DNA from: Candidatus Poribacteria bacterium
Lineage (GTDB): Bacteria > Poribacteria > WGA-4E > WGA-3G
Length of the DNA stretch: 64,000 nucleotides
NCBI GenBank assembly: GCA_965214095.1
Contig: OZ243938.1
Span: forward strand, 2,592,001 to 2,656,000
Direction: 5' to 3'
Shown here one piece after another: positions 42,982 through 53,995 of this stretch (the stretch's first letter is position 1; every line of letters begins with the position of its first letter). The notes beneath the pieces were generated by a model. It was not told where the DNA came from, did not search any database, and saw nothing but the letters and a program-made list of their open reading frames with translations. Made by a program: the position numbers and the translations under genes.

Positions 42982-43962
42982 ATGATGAAAGCAGTGACGC
43001 GAAGTGGTGATGGCGGCCCAGAAGTTTTGCAATTAAGTGAAGTGCCAACACCAAAACCGACAGAAACGCAGCTATTAGTAGATGTCCGAACAACTGCACT
43101 CAATCGCGCAGACCTAATTCAACGGCGCGGTGGCTATCCACCCCCTTCAGGGGAGTCGGAGATACTCGGTTTGGAAATTGCTGGCATAGTTTCTGGAATG
43201 GGAACAAAAGTTACTGGCTTTAAGAATGGTGACCGTGTTTTCGGGCTTGTCGGTGGTGGTGGCTATGCTGAAAAGGCTGTTATCGATTATCAAATGGCGA
43301 TGGTAATACCAGACGAATGGAGTTTTGAACAGGCTGCTGCTGTTCCAGAAGTGTTTTTCACAGCAAATGAGAACATCTTCACATTAGGCAGGTTGGCTGC
43401 CGGTGAAACAATTCTAATTCACGCAGGTGGAAGCGGTGTTGGCACTGCTGGAATACAGATCGCACATCATGCACGAGCGCGTGTGTTTGTCACCGCAGGA
43501 TCATCCGATAAAATTGAGAGATGCGTGACACTTGGTGCTATCGCAGGAATAAATTATAAACATTCTGATTTTGTCACAGAAATTGAAAGGTTGACAGGTG
43601 GAGAAGGTGTTGATGTTGTATTAGACTTTATCGGTGCACCGTATCTGTCAAAAAACTTACAAATACTCAAGACGAAAGGACGTTTATCGCAGGTAGGGTT
43701 AATGGGTGGTTCGTCTACAGAAATAGACTTAGGGACGGTGATGCGTAAACGACTGCAGATTAACGGTTCCGTTATGCGTCCACAATCGCTTGAGGAAAAA
43801 ATCGCTATCACGCAGCGGTTTGTTGAACGTTGGTTTCCAGAATTAAAGACAGGAAAACTTCAACCCGTGATTGATACCGTCTTCCCTTTATCGCAAGCAC
43901 GGGATGCACATGCGTATATGGAAGCAAACCGAAATATCGGTAAGATCATTTTGAAAGTGTAG
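42982..43962 (+). CDS. NAD(P)H-quinone oxidoreductase, PIG3 family
   Basis: LNRADLIQRRGGYPPP, GGGYAE, IHAGGSGVGTA, NIGKIIL. Confidence 0.9.
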   Translation: MMKAVTRSGDGGPEVLQLSEVPTPKPTETQLLVDVRTTALNRADLIQRRGGYPPPSGESEILGLEIAGIVSGMGTKVTGFKNGDRVFGLVGGGGYAEKAVIDYQMAMVIPDEWSFEQAAAVPEVFFTANENIFTLGRLAAGETILIHAGGSGVGTAGIQIAHHARARVFVTAGSSDKIERCVTLGAIAGINYKHSDFVTEIERLTGGEGVDVVLDFIGAPYLSKNLQILKTKGRLSQVGLMGGSSTEIDLGTVMRKRLQINGSVMRPQSLEEKIAITQRFVERWFPELKTGKLQPVIDTVFPLSQARDAHAYMEANRNIGKIILKV

Positions 43963-44072
43963 AAGTTTGTTGTGTTCTCAGGTAATCCCATATTTTCTGA
44001 AGAAATGCAATTTTGTTTTCAACTAACAATAAATTCAACACGTCTTATGATTTCGTTGATATATAGGTTAGT

Positions 44073-47000
44073 TTGATTTTTAGGTTAATGATAATGCTCA
44101 CAATTAAACACTGGAAAGGTAAATTAGGCACTGCACGTTTTCTGTGTGCTGTTTGCTTTATATTTGTATCGGTTCTGTTCGTTTTTAGTTTTGCCTCTGT
44201 TGCAGAAATCACTCAAGCGACATCAACAGACGGTATTACAGTCAATTTCAAACTCCCACAACTCCAAATTACAGAAGTTCCAACAGATACCCATGCTGAA
44301 AATACGGGTATAACCGGTGTTCACCACACAGTGCAATATGCCGAATGCGATTGGATTCACGAACCAGGACTTCCTCGGCTGCCTGCGACACGCGTTCTAC
44401 TTGCTATTCCCGCAGATGCTCAACTCAATAAAGCAGATATTTCTGTTAACGCTGGTGCCGCACAATCTCATAATGCGGTTAAGTTTCTACCGTATCAGGT
44501 TGAAATGCCAGTGAGTGTAGACCGTGTTTCTATTGATGCTGGTCATTTACAATCCGATAGTCGTGTGGGCAATCAACAGAATATAAAAAAAGGTAACCCC
44601 AATCCCATTCCAAAACTATATCCAGAAGTACTTGCTCGGATTGAGATGGATGGTTATATCCGTTCACATCGTGTCATCAGTTTAGCACTGTATCCGGTTC
44701 AGTATAATACAGCGACACGCCAACTACGTTCTTATAGTAGTCTTTCAGTTTTCATCCCAATTAAAACGCAATTAAAACCCCGCGCCTCAGGACCAACGTT
44801 CAATCCTACACGAAAAGATCCTTATGAACAAGTCTATAGACGACATATTCTAAATTATACAGACTATCTCAAGACGTTCAACGTTGATTTGAATGCAGGT
44901 GGGGTTTTTCGCAATAGAGCTGCAGGACTTGCTGCTGCTCCTGCTGCCGTAAATTCACAACAGACACGTTACAAACTCTATGTTGATGATACTGGTGTTT
45001 ATCAAGTGACTGCAGCGTCCCTTCGTAAGGATTGGGGAATTGACCTTATAGGTATTGACCCGCAAAAACTTCGTATTACCCACGGAGACAAGGAAATTCC
45101 TATCCATGTGAGTGGGGCAGTTGATGGAAGATTTGATGCTGAAGACGCAATTCTGTTTTTAGCACACAGTTCCACCGATCCTGAAAGTCCCTTTCCAAAA
45201 AATGCCTATACATTGTGGAATGTTTATTGGCTAAGCGTTGCTACAGATGAACAACAACCAGCGCGTGTGCCGCAAATTGAAGCAAGTCCAAGTGATGCAA
45301 CAGCTATTCAGGTGCCTACTTTCCGATCGCGAGTCATTTTTGAGGAGGATCACCTATCCAACAACCTTGAATTTGTATATCCAGAAGTTGTTTCGGAGGG
45401 TGATAAGCACAAATGGTTTGATGCTTTAGACTTTTGGTTCTGGGACGGTATCAAAAATGCAAGTGATATTGGCGAACTACGTCTTGAATTTCCACTCTAT
45501 GATGTCGCAAAGAGTTTTGATCCACCAAAAATAGATTTGGTTCTGCAAGGTGGAACACCCGTGAACCACCAAATCTTGGCAGCTGTCAATGGCGTTCGGA
45601 TTGATCTGGCAGAATGGGAAAGTCAAGCACAAGTCACCCTTTCCAAAAATCTTCGTGTTTGGAACAACCTAAAAGATGCAACGAAAGGGGAAAATAATGT
45701 TCTCTCTCTGGCACGCATTGACAACAACTTGGAAGAAGATACAACACGGTACCCGTATCATATCTACCTTAATCGGTTTTGGGTGGAATATACGCGACTC
45801 TTTTTAGCCGTAAATGACGAACTTCGCTTCGGAACACCCATTAAGGCTTCGCAAGAGAGTGAAAACAAAGGTGTAACACACCAATTTCGAATTGATGCTT
45901 TCTTTGATCCGAATGTGTCGGTTTTTGAGACGGATGGAAACATCCTTACGGCAAAACTTCAAGGTGTAAATGTAACGCAATATGCAACAGATGATGTGAT
46001 GCGTGCACGTCTTAGAGCATTGAATGCAGGAGATCTCAGAGGACTACCAAATCACACCTACTCAACAACTTTCCAGATACCAGATACACGAACAACCGAA
46101 TTTATAGCAGTTTCTGAGGACGCACTGCGGAAACCTGTCAACATTGAAACAGTACAACCCAGTGATTTACAAAATCCATTGAACGGTGTGGATTATCTCG
46201 TGTTAACACATGCCAGATTCCGTGAGGCAGCTGACAGGTTAGCTGAATGGCGGTCGACGGCAAGAGGTGGTGGATATCGCACTAAAGTTGTTGACATCAT
46301 GGATGTTTACAACACTTTCGGTGATGGAAAAGTACACCCAATCTGGATAAAAGATTTCCTGAGTTACGCCTATCAAAATTGGGCACCACCTGCACTCTCA
46401 TACCTTGTTATTTTAGGAGATGGCACTTACGATTTTCGCGGTATAGACAAAGAAATACATCCTGACCCGCCTGAACTGGCAGGTTATATACCTCCCCATT
46501 ACATACCAACCGATTCTTTCGGAAGAACTTCTGCAGACCATTGGTACGCCACCATCTCTGGACACGATGAATTTGTAGATTTTTATCTGGGGAGATTGAG
46601 CGTTGAAACCGAAGCGGAAGCGGATGCTGTTGTTGACAAGATTATCAATTATGAAGCACAGCCGTTAAACGGTGCTTGGAGACGTAGAATTATTTCTGTC
46701 GCAGATGACGAAGTGAGCAATTCAGGGGATGATATATTCAAAAGAAGCCTTAACGAAATCGCTAAAGACCATACGCGACTCGGATACGAAACTGTTGAGA
46801 TTTATCTTGAAGATGTGATAGATGAAGTGGAAGCAAATCCTGAACAATATCCAGGCGTGCTACCTCGCCACGTGGCAAAAGATAGAATAATTAATGCATT
46901 AGGTGAAGGTTCTGTAGTCGCACAATACGCAGGACATGGAGGAAGGATTGTCTGGGCACACGAAGCCATTTTTGATAATGCATCCATTGACAAAATTGAA

Positions 47001-50000
47001 GAGACAAAACATCTCCCATTTATGTTAGTGTTGAGTTGTTATAACGGATATTTTGATGCACCGGGTGAACCGAGTATGGCTGAAAAACTACTCCGGAAAG
47101 AAAAGGGTGGTATCATCGGAATGCTTAGTGCAACCAGACTCACCTACGGAACGGGTAATGACGACCTCAATCGGATTATCTTTGATCTACTGTTCCAAAG
47201 GAATGAACGGCAATTAGGTCCCTTGAGCTTTGACTCCAAACTTGAATACTTGCTGACAGCAGGCACGTCACAGCTGGATATAATGCTGGAATATACGCTT
47301 TTTGGTGACCCCGCATTGCGTATCGCAATGGCAGATTATGAAATACTTCCAAAAATTGAGACCAAGACAGTCAAAGCAGGTGATACTCTCAAGATCGCAT
47401 CAGGATACATCCAGAGCGTACGGTTTGACGCAGCATCACAACAAAAAGTGTTTACGCGTAATACAGGTTTTAATGGACAACTGACCGTTAAGGCAACTTT
47501 CCCAGGACAACAGTCAATCGGTATAGACAAAACTGGGGCACCGAAGGAGTTTTACTCTGGTGATGTAATCGTCACAGAGACATTCCCAGTCCAAGGTGGC
47601 AATTTTCCAGCTGTTGAAATAAACGTGCCAAGAAACATCTCACATGGAGATGCTCATGTAGAGTATTACGCTGAAAACGATACCGAAATTGCTGTCGGGG
47701 GTGATGGCTTTACTGTTGATATCCCGAAAATACTTGATATACAAACGAAGGTGATTACCACAGAATCCGGTGAGGACAAAATTGATATTTCCGCACACAT
47801 CTCTGATGATGATAAAGCAACTGTGTCTGTCGTATTAGAATGGCGGAATCCGCGCACCGTCAATAGAGATAGGGTGGATATGGTTCCTATTGAAGTGAAT
47901 TCAGATACAACATCGCAATCAGTTCCCACAGGAAGATGGTGGAAAATTCCTGAACCTTTACCTGCTCCAACTGACGGCAACGCTTTCCGTTATGATATTC
48001 AGGTTACGGATTCTGACGGATTTGTAGTCACCTCTGATTATTTCAGATTCTATCCATATACATATCCTAATCTTTCTGTGGTTTCCAAAAGATATTCTCG
48101 CATTGAACAGATCAGTTATATTTCTGTTAGCCAAAATGATGGAGTGAATGAACGCGTTTTGTCTGCTGATATTGAAGTCGTAGGTACTACGAATTCTTCT
48201 GATGATTCAGTCGCTTCTGAACGAGATCTGCTTGTGGAATTAGGACTTTCTGATATTGATATTGATGTAGTGTTTTTTAGCGGGAATCCAGATATAGACG
48301 ATAACGGTATCATTGACGTTGATGCAAATATACTTGGTCGCACTCAGATAAAACCGGATGACTGGGTAGTGCGGAATCCCCTTCTCCAACGTTCTAATGC
48401 CTACAACCCTAATCCACTCAACATCGATCCAATTGCCACAGTTTCTATCCCCGTATCCTTACGCAACGGTGTGCACGATGTGTTCGTTTATGTTGATCCA
48501 ATTTTTAGCAGCGGTGATCAACCCGGCAAAGTGCGTGAAAATAATGAACAAGATAATATTGGATATAGGCAGATTGCTGTTTCCGAAACCATTGTTGGCG
48601 CAGCACCTACACGCATAACGAGCATTGATGGTGGCTTGCGGCTAATCGCTCCCGCTGGCGCAATTCAAAATAAGTCTACCGTTATGTCGATCAGCCCGAT
48701 TGTTCCAGATATACCCGATACGAATTATGTTTATTATATCGGAGGCACTGGAGATGTCCGAAATACGAAACAAGACCTTCCTTTTCCTATTGTAAAAAGT
48801 GATTACAATGAGAACTCCGCAACAGCGATGCTATTCCCGGTTGCACTACCTACATACCTATCTATGCAAGGTTATACACTGCATTTAAACGATTCTTCCG
48901 CTGAACAATGGAGCGCATTTAAATTACAAGCACCGGTTACTGTTGAGCTTGATTATGATTATATGACACTTCAACAGGAAATCATACGTGAGCATTATGG
49001 TAGTGATACGGATGTGTTGATGGAAGAACCATCAATTGAGGAAAGGGTCAAGATGGCGGTAGAAACAAGGGTACAGACCATTGGTGTGTATCTCTGGATT
49101 GATCAGATTGCCAATTGGGTGCGACTTGATGGCTCTAAGGTTAAAAAACAAGCGAACGGCAATATATATACAACCACGCGTCCCACACATATCCGCGCGA
49201 ACAACATCGGTGATGGAACACTGGTGGATGTTGAGATTGCCCCAGAGGGGGCAGATGTCGGCACTTGGATAGTACTTTTTGAAAGTGAACGAACCTACCG
49301 ACTTCTCTATATCCCTGTTACAACAGAATTAGATACAGAAACTGCTCAACCACAATTAGAAGTAATTGGAAGTAATATCTCAATTTTACCTTTTAGTCAT
49401 CTCGGAACAAACTTTTCTAACACAAATCTTGGGTTTACACTTGACATTGACATCGGGGAAATCCCTTTCCAATATGGTGATATTTTGCGCTTTAATATAT
49501 CGCAAATTGAAGTACCGGGTGAAAATACTGATCAGTTTTATGGCGCATCTTTTCTCAACAGAAACAATGGGGATGGCACAGTTCAATATCTTGAATTGGC
49601 TCCAGAGACGACAATGCCACAAGACACTTGGTTAATCCTATTCATCTCTCCAAAGCAATTTCAGATTGAAGGTAAAAACAGTGGACTCTTGGTGAAAAAT
49701 GGTGTACCTATATATGGAACAGTTGGTACACCTTTTGAACACAGTGAATATGGATTGAAGTTGCTAATAACACAAGGTCCTGAACCTTTTGAAGTCGGTG
49801 ATCGCTTCATATTTGCTACAAGCATGGTAGGAACGATTCAAGCCGAAACTTCGTATCTCGGAACTATGACCTGTCTGCGGAGTGAAGATACGTTGCCTCC
49901 TGACATTCAATTAACCGTTGGCAATCAGAAGCACTTTATTGATGGGGCACCAGTAGACAACGCACCACTTATCCAAGCCACACTCACGGATGCACGCGGT

Positions 50001-50528
50001 ATTGACTACATCACGCGTCCAGTGAAACTTGAATTGGGACGGTTCGGTGAGTATGAGACCATCGCCGAAACAGAATACAAACTCACACACCATCCTGCGT
50101 CTTCGCAGCTTATATTGACATATAATTCACCCGAACTCGAACCTCGTGAATACCAACTCCGCCTCTCCGCAAGCGATCTTGATGGAAATATGAGCGAGAG
50201 TGAAACTGACTTTCAGGTGCATGGACAACTCCAATTAGTTGAACCCTTGAATTATCCTAATCCTTTCTCAATGGACACCACATTGACCTGTGAATTGACA
50301 CGTCCAGCGGAGTCACTTACAGTCAAAATCTATACAATCACAGGAAGACTTATCAGACAACTGGAAACAGAGGCTACCGCAGGATTCATTCAGCTAAAGT
50401 GGGATGGTAGAGATGACGATGGTAACGAAGTAGCGAATGGCGTTTATTTTGGTAAGTTTATTGTCAAAAGCCTTGACGATGATGAGGATGACCAGACACA
50501 TATTCTAAAAATGATGAAATTGAAATAG
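44073..50528 (+). CDS. Large secreted C25 (gingipain/PorU-like) cysteine peptidase with C-terminal FlgD-Ig/T9SS-like sorting domain
   Basis: Propeptide EPGLPRLP; YLVILGDG, GRL, YAGHGG (His), LSCYNG (Cys), LFGDPAL; C-terminal NYPNPF..IYTITGRLIR..WDGRD..NGVYF. Start may be 44088 or 44094. Confidence 0.8.
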   Translation: MIFRLMIMLTIKHWKGKLGTARFLCAVCFIFVSVLFVFSFASVAEITQATSTDGITVNFKLPQLQITEVPTDTHAENTGITGVHHTVQYAECDWIHEPGLPRLPATRVLLAIPADAQLNKADISVNAGAAQSHNAVKFLPYQVEMPVSVDRVSIDAGHLQSDSRVGNQQNIKKGNPNPIPKLYPEVLARIEMDGYIRSHRVISLALYPVQYNTATRQLRSYSSLSVFIPIKTQLKPRASGPTFNPTRKDPYEQVYRRHILNYTDYLKTFNVDLNAGGVFRNRAAGLAAAPAAVNSQQTRYKLYVDDTGVYQVTAASLRKDWGIDLIGIDPQKLRITHGDKEIPIHVSGAVDGRFDAEDAILFLAHSSTDPESPFPKNAYTLWNVYWLSVATDEQQPARVPQIEASPSDATAIQVPTFRSRVIFEEDHLSNNLEFVYPEVVSEGDKHKWFDALDFWFWDGIKNASDIGELRLEFPLYDVAKSFDPPKIDLVLQGGTPVNHQILAAVNGVRIDLAEWESQAQVTLSKNLRVWNNLKDATKGENNVLSLARIDNNLEEDTTRYPYHIYLNRFWVEYTRLFLAVNDELRFGTPIKASQESENKGVTHQFRIDAFFDPNVSVFETDGNILTAKLQGVNVTQYATDDVMRARLRALNAGDLRGLPNHTYSTTFQIPDTRTTEFIAVSEDALRKPVNIETVQPSDLQNPLNGVDYLVLTHARFREAADRLAEWRSTARGGGYRTKVVDIMDVYNTFGDGKVHPIWIKDFLSYAYQNWAPPALSYLVILGDGTYDFRGIDKEIHPDPPELAGYIPPHYIPTDSFGRTSADHWYATISGHDEFVDFYLGRLSVETEAEADAVVDKIINYEAQPLNGAWRRRIISVADDEVSNSGDDIFKRSLNEIAKDHTRLGYETVEIYLEDVIDEVEANPEQYPGVLPRHVAKDRIINALGEGSVVAQYAGHGGRIVWAHEAIFDNASIDKIEETKHLPFMLVLSCYNGYFDAPGEPSMAEKLLRKEKGGIIGMLSATRLTYGTGNDDLNRIIFDLLFQRNERQLGPLSFDSKLEYLLTAGTSQLDIMLEYTLFGDPALRIAMADYEILPKIETKTVKAGDTLKIASGYIQSVRFDAASQQKVFTRNTGFNGQLTVKATFPGQQSIGIDKTGAPKEFYSGDVIVTETFPVQGGNFPAVEINVPRNISHGDAHVEYYAENDTEIAVGGDGFTVDIPKILDIQTKVITTESGEDKIDISAHISDDDKATVSVVLEWRNPRTVNRDRVDMVPIEVNSDTTSQSVPTGRWWKIPEPLPAPTDGNAFRYDIQVTDSDGFVVTSDYFRFYPYTYPNLSVVSKRYSRIEQISYISVSQNDGVNERVLSADIEVVGTTNSSDDSVASERDLLVELGLSDIDIDVVFFSGNPDIDDNGIIDVDANILGRTQIKPDDWVVRNPLLQRSNAYNPNPLNIDPIATVSIPVSLRNGVHDVFVYVDPIFSSGDQPGKVRENNEQDNIGYRQIAVSETIVGAAPTRITSIDGGLRLIAPAGAIQNKSTVMSISPIVPDIPDTNYVYYIGGTGDVRNTKQDLPFPIVKSDYNENSATAMLFPVALPTYLSMQGYTLHLNDSSAEQWSAFKLQAPVTVELDYDYMTLQQEIIREHYGSDTDVLMEEPSIEERVKMAVETRVQTIGVYLWIDQIANWVRLDGSKVKKQANGNIYTTTRPTHIRANNIGDGTLVDVEIAPEGADVGTWIVLFESERTYRLLYIPVTTELDTETAQPQLEVIGSNISILPFSHLGTNFSNTNLGFTLDIDIGEIPFQYGDILRFNISQIEVPGENTDQFYGASFLNRNNGDGTVQYLELAPETTMPQDTWLILFISPKQFQIEGKNSGLLVKNGVPIYGTVGTPFEHSEYGLKLLITQGPEPFEVGDRFIFATSMVGTIQAETSYLGTMTCLRSEDTLPPDIQLTVGNQKHFIDGAPVDNAPLIQATLTDARGIDYITRPVKLELGRFGEYETIAETEYKLTHHPASSQLILTYNSPELEPREYQLRLSASDLDGNMSESETDFQVHGQLQLVEPLNYPNPFSMDTTLTCELTRPAESLTVKIYTITGRLIRQLETEATAGFIQLKWDGRDDDGNEVANGVYFGKFIVKSLDDDEDDQTHILKMMKLK

Positions 50529-50596
50529 TTCTGTCGTTTATGAAAAAACTTGGTTCTAAGAAAGTATCTGTTTGTAGTTGCGCAACTTACATTAAA

Positions 50597-50624
50597 CTGA
50601 CCACTGATAACTGAAAACTGATAG
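50597..50624 (+). repeat. Heptamer tandem repeat (CTGAnnn)4; similar tract at about 39518-39539
   Basis: CTGACCA CTGATAA CTGAAAA CTGATAG just upstream of the start codon. Confidence 0.55.
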
Positions 50625-50634
50625 CCTTAAAAAT

Positions 50635-51639
50635 ATGAAAAATTGTCTTTTGCTATGTATCCTTTTTCTATTCGTTCTGCTGCCTATCGCTTATGGGCAG
50701 ACTTATACTGCGGACTTTCTCACATTAGGAACAGGAGCACGTCCGTTAGGTATGGGGAACGCATTCACTGCAATTGCCGATGAAGCGAGTACTGCTTACT
50801 ATAATCCTGCTGGTATTGCACAACTGACACATCACGAATTTAACTTCATGCATTCCACGCTTGCAGACCTCGCAGCCTATGATGTCGCAAGTTATATCTA
50901 TCCGTTTTCCCGTAAAATGTCCTTCGGTATCAGTTGGCTCCGCGTCGGTGTTGACGATATTCAGGTTACTGGAATTCCTGTTACCAGTAAATCAATCGGT
51001 CCCAACAACCGTCCGTATGTGGTTAACACCTTTAGCAATACAAGTAATGCTATATTACTCAGTGGTGGGACAAATCTCGTCATTCTACCGCAAGATATTA
51101 CCACCTATCTCGGTGCTAATCTCAAAATAATCTACATTGATTCTTATCTCAATACCAATGCAGTCGGTGTTGGCAGTGATCTGGGTATACTCGCAAAAAC
51201 GAACCAAAGAAAATCCACTGCTTTTTCCTTCGGCATCGTTGCAAGTGATTTTTTCACAACCAAACTCTATTGGAACACACCACCAGAAAACGAGTGGGAA
51301 GCACCACATACAGAAACGCTTTTGCCACGGGTCAAAGTAGGTGTGGCATACCATCAGAAACTCCCAATTTTCAACAGTAAACTTACCTTAGCAGTCGATA
51401 TTGATACCCGGAACGACTATGAATTCCACACAGGGGCGGAATATGTCCTATTTGAACTGTTAGCACTACGTTGTGGGTTTGATGGTCGGAACGGCACTTC
51501 ACGTGCAATGTATTTTACTGCAGGTGCAGGTCTCCAACTCCGATTTGTCACTGGTGCAGCATTCCATGTAGACTACGCCTATCAACGACAACCGGATTTA
51601 GGTATCAACAACCGCCTCTCACTTCGTGTCAGGTTTTAG
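50635..51639 (+). CDS. PorV/PorQ-family outer-membrane beta-barrel
   Basis: FLTLGTGARPLGMGNAF..YYNPAG; GAEY; DYAY; C-terminal Phe. Confidence 0.85.
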   Translation: MKNCLLLCILFLFVLLPIAYGQTYTADFLTLGTGARPLGMGNAFTAIADEASTAYYNPAGIAQLTHHEFNFMHSTLADLAAYDVASYIYPFSRKMSFGISWLRVGVDDIQVTGIPVTSKSIGPNNRPYVVNTFSNTSNAILLSGGTNLVILPQDITTYLGANLKIIYIDSYLNTNAVGVGSDLGILAKTNQRKSTAFSFGIVASDFFTTKLYWNTPPENEWEAPHTETLLPRVKVGVAYHQKLPIFNSKLTLAVDIDTRNDYEFHTGAEYVLFELLALRCGFDGRNGTSRAMYFTAGAGLQLRFVTGAAFHVDYAYQRQPDLGINNRLSLRVRF

Positions 51640-51656
51640 ACTGCAAACTTGTCACC

Positions 51657-52832
51657 CTACGGACAAACAAACTTCCCCAAAACCTTCCTGCACGATGCAC
51701 CTGTCGCATTCGGAACGTTACTACAATTCCCGTGCACTGCCTCGTTAGCGAGGATAGCAAAAGCAATAGCCTCTTTCGCATCACCAGACATTCCTGTTTC
51801 CGATACATCAACAACGGGGATAGGTTCAAACGCATCAGCGAGACCACGCATTATCAGTGGATTCCGTGCCCCACCGCCGCTCACGTATAGTCTGTCTAAC
51901 GGAGTTTTTGCCATAACATAATTCGCATAATATTGGAAGATACTTCTCACTGTCAATGCTGTTAACGTTGCAAGTCCATCATATTCTGAAATATTATATT
52001 CTTGGATTTGTCGCAAGTATGTGTCAGTAAAGGTTGTGCCGAACATCTCGCGTCCTGTTGTTTTCGGTGGGGTCAATTCAAAAAATGGATGCGCGAGCCA
52101 TCGCTGTAGTAGTGGTTCACAGACTGTGCCTTGTTTCGCTAGTTCCGAATTTTCATCAAACTGCATTGTGCCATCTGTAATCTTTTCTACGCAGGCATCC
52201 AATATCATATTGCCCGGTCCTGTGTCGGATGCATGCACCGACTCTATCCCACAACCCGATGGCAGCACTGTTAAGTTAGCAATCCCACCGATGTTCAATA
52301 GACCAATCGTTTGTGTGTTGTTATGAAATAGCAGATAATCAATGTATGCTACCAACGGCGCACCTGCTCCACCTGCGGCAACATCTGCTACACGGAAATC
52401 AGCAACGGTGGGAATGCCTGTTTCATGGGCAATCACTGCCGGTTCGCCAATCTGTAGTGTTGCAGGGACAAGTGCTTTGGGCATGTGGTGAATCGTTTGT
52501 CCGTGCGATCCAATTAAGTCAATTGCTGTCGGTGCTATTTCAACGTGTTCCAACAGCGTCAACACACTTTTCGCGAATTGTTGACCTATAACGAAATTCA
52601 TGGTGCATATTTCATCAACTCGTGCAGTCTCAACACTGAATAGGTCAAAGATTCTGGAACGGATCTCATCTGCATAAGGAAATGTATCAAACGCTATGAG
52701 TTCAATTTCCGTAGTCAGTCCTGATCCCGTAATTTCAACGAGTGCGACGTCCACGCCATCCGCGGACGTGCCACTCATCAAACCGATTATCAGTTTTTTC
52801 TCTTTTTGTAGCAGATCAAAAAATGGTTTCAT
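51657..52832 (-). CDS. anmK: Anhydro-N-acetylmuramic acid kinase
   Basis: GLMSGTSADGVD, GSHGQT, DFR..D..GGAGAPL, NIGGIAN, DTGPGN, KEAIAFA. Confidence 0.95.
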   Translation of the reverse strand: MKPFFDLLQKEKKLIIGLMSGTSADGVDVALVEITGSGLTTEIELIAFDTFPYADEIRSRIFDLFSVETARVDEICTMNFVIGQQFAKSVLTLLEHVEIAPTAIDLIGSHGQTIHHMPKALVPATLQIGEPAVIAHETGIPTVADFRVADVAAGGAGAPLVAYIDYLLFHNNTQTIGLLNIGGIANLTVLPSGCGIESVHASDTGPGNMILDACVEKITDGTMQFDENSELAKQGTVCEPLLQRWLAHPFFELTPPKTTGREMFGTTFTDTYLRQIQEYNISEYDGLATLTALTVRSIFQYYANYVMAKTPLDRLYVSGGGARNPLIMRGLADAFEPIPVVDVSETGMSGDAKEAIAFAILANEAVHGNCSNVPNATGASCRKVLGKFVCP

Positions 52833-52849
52833 AGTTGTTTATTCTGAAT

Positions 52850-53995
52850 TTAATACAACAAATAGGGTTCTCGTCTTGTTCGAAATTCTTCCGAGATGCA
52901 ATGCCATTCACCAATTATATTATCACATGATGTGCCGTCTAAAAGTACCTGCCGTAACCTTGAACTTCCCGCCAATCTATCAAAATGTGTTTCACGGAAT
53001 TCAAAATCATTAGGATATTCATCAATTAATGTCCATAACATCCTCAATGCAACTTCAACAGATGTCACCCGTTTTCTATCAGTTATATGTATCGCAACCC
53101 CGTGACACACCTCATCTTTATATTTAGAAAACTGTGGCGTAAACATTATAGGTCGGAAAAGAACACCCGATAATACATACCCGTTCAACTGATCTGCCCA
53201 CATATTGTTATCTATCCACGGCGCGCCGATATATTCAAAAGGTTTGGTTGTGCCTCGTCCTTCGCTAACATTTGTGCCTTCAAATAGACATGTCCCGGGA
53301 TATAACGTCGCAGTATCAAGTGTCGGCATATTCGGTGAAGGTGGCACCCAATGCATTCCTGTATCGTTATACCACATTTCCCGATGCCAACCTACCATTT
53401 TGGCAATATTCAACGGAAAGTTAAATCCTTGTTCTGCATGATATAGTTTTGCTACTTCACCAATTGTCATGCCATAACGCACAGGTATCGGATAAGGTCC
53501 AACCAGAGATGTATAATTGGTTTCTAACATTGGTCCTTCTATACAGATACCTCCAATTGGGTTTGGACGATCTGCCACAATACATTCAACTGTGCTACTT
53601 GATTCCATTGCATTCATCGATTCCAGTAATGTGCCAAGATATGTGTAATACCGCGCACCTACGTCCTGTATGTCGTAGATGATGGCATCTAAGTTCTTGA
53701 GGATTTCGGTCCAGTTCAGAGATGATGTGCCGTATAGGCTATGGACTTGTAAGGTTTGTTCAGTTTGGTTTTGACCATACTTTGAATTTGTTATCTTCAC
53801 ACCGTCTTGTGCTGCACCCCATAATCCGTGTTCTGGTGAAAAAAGTGCAATCAAATTAACGTTTTCAGATAGCAACGTTATATTTTGTGTCAAGTTTTCA
53901 TCAACACCAGTATGATTTGTTATCAGCCCGACAGATTTGCCGTTGAGCCATGCCTGCTTTTCTGTCAATAGCTGGGTGATTCCGAGTGTTATCAT
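52850..53995 (-). CDS. namZ: Exo-beta-N-acetylmuramidase NamZ (DUF1343/YbbC)
   Basis: GLITNHTG, FSPEHG, DIQDVGARYYTY, DRPNP, PPSPN, SEGRGT. Confidence 0.9.
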   Translation of the reverse strand: MITLGITQLLTEKQAWLNGKSVGLITNHTGVDENLTQNITLLSENVNLIALFSPEHGLWGAAQDGVKITNSKYGQNQTEQTLQVHSLYGTSSLNWTEILKNLDAIIYDIQDVGARYYTYLGTLLESMNAMESSSTVECIVADRPNPIGGICIEGPMLETNYTSLVGPYPIPVRYGMTIGEVAKLYHAEQGFNFPLNIAKMVGWHREMWYNDTGMHWVPPSPNMPTLDTATLYPGTCLFEGTNVSEGRGTTKPFEYIGAPWIDNNMWADQLNGYVLSGVLFRPIMFTPQFSKYKDEVCHGVAIHITDRKRVTSVEVALRMLWTLIDEYPNDFEFRETHFDRLAGSSRLRQVLLDGTSCDNIIGEWHCISEEFRTRREPYLLY

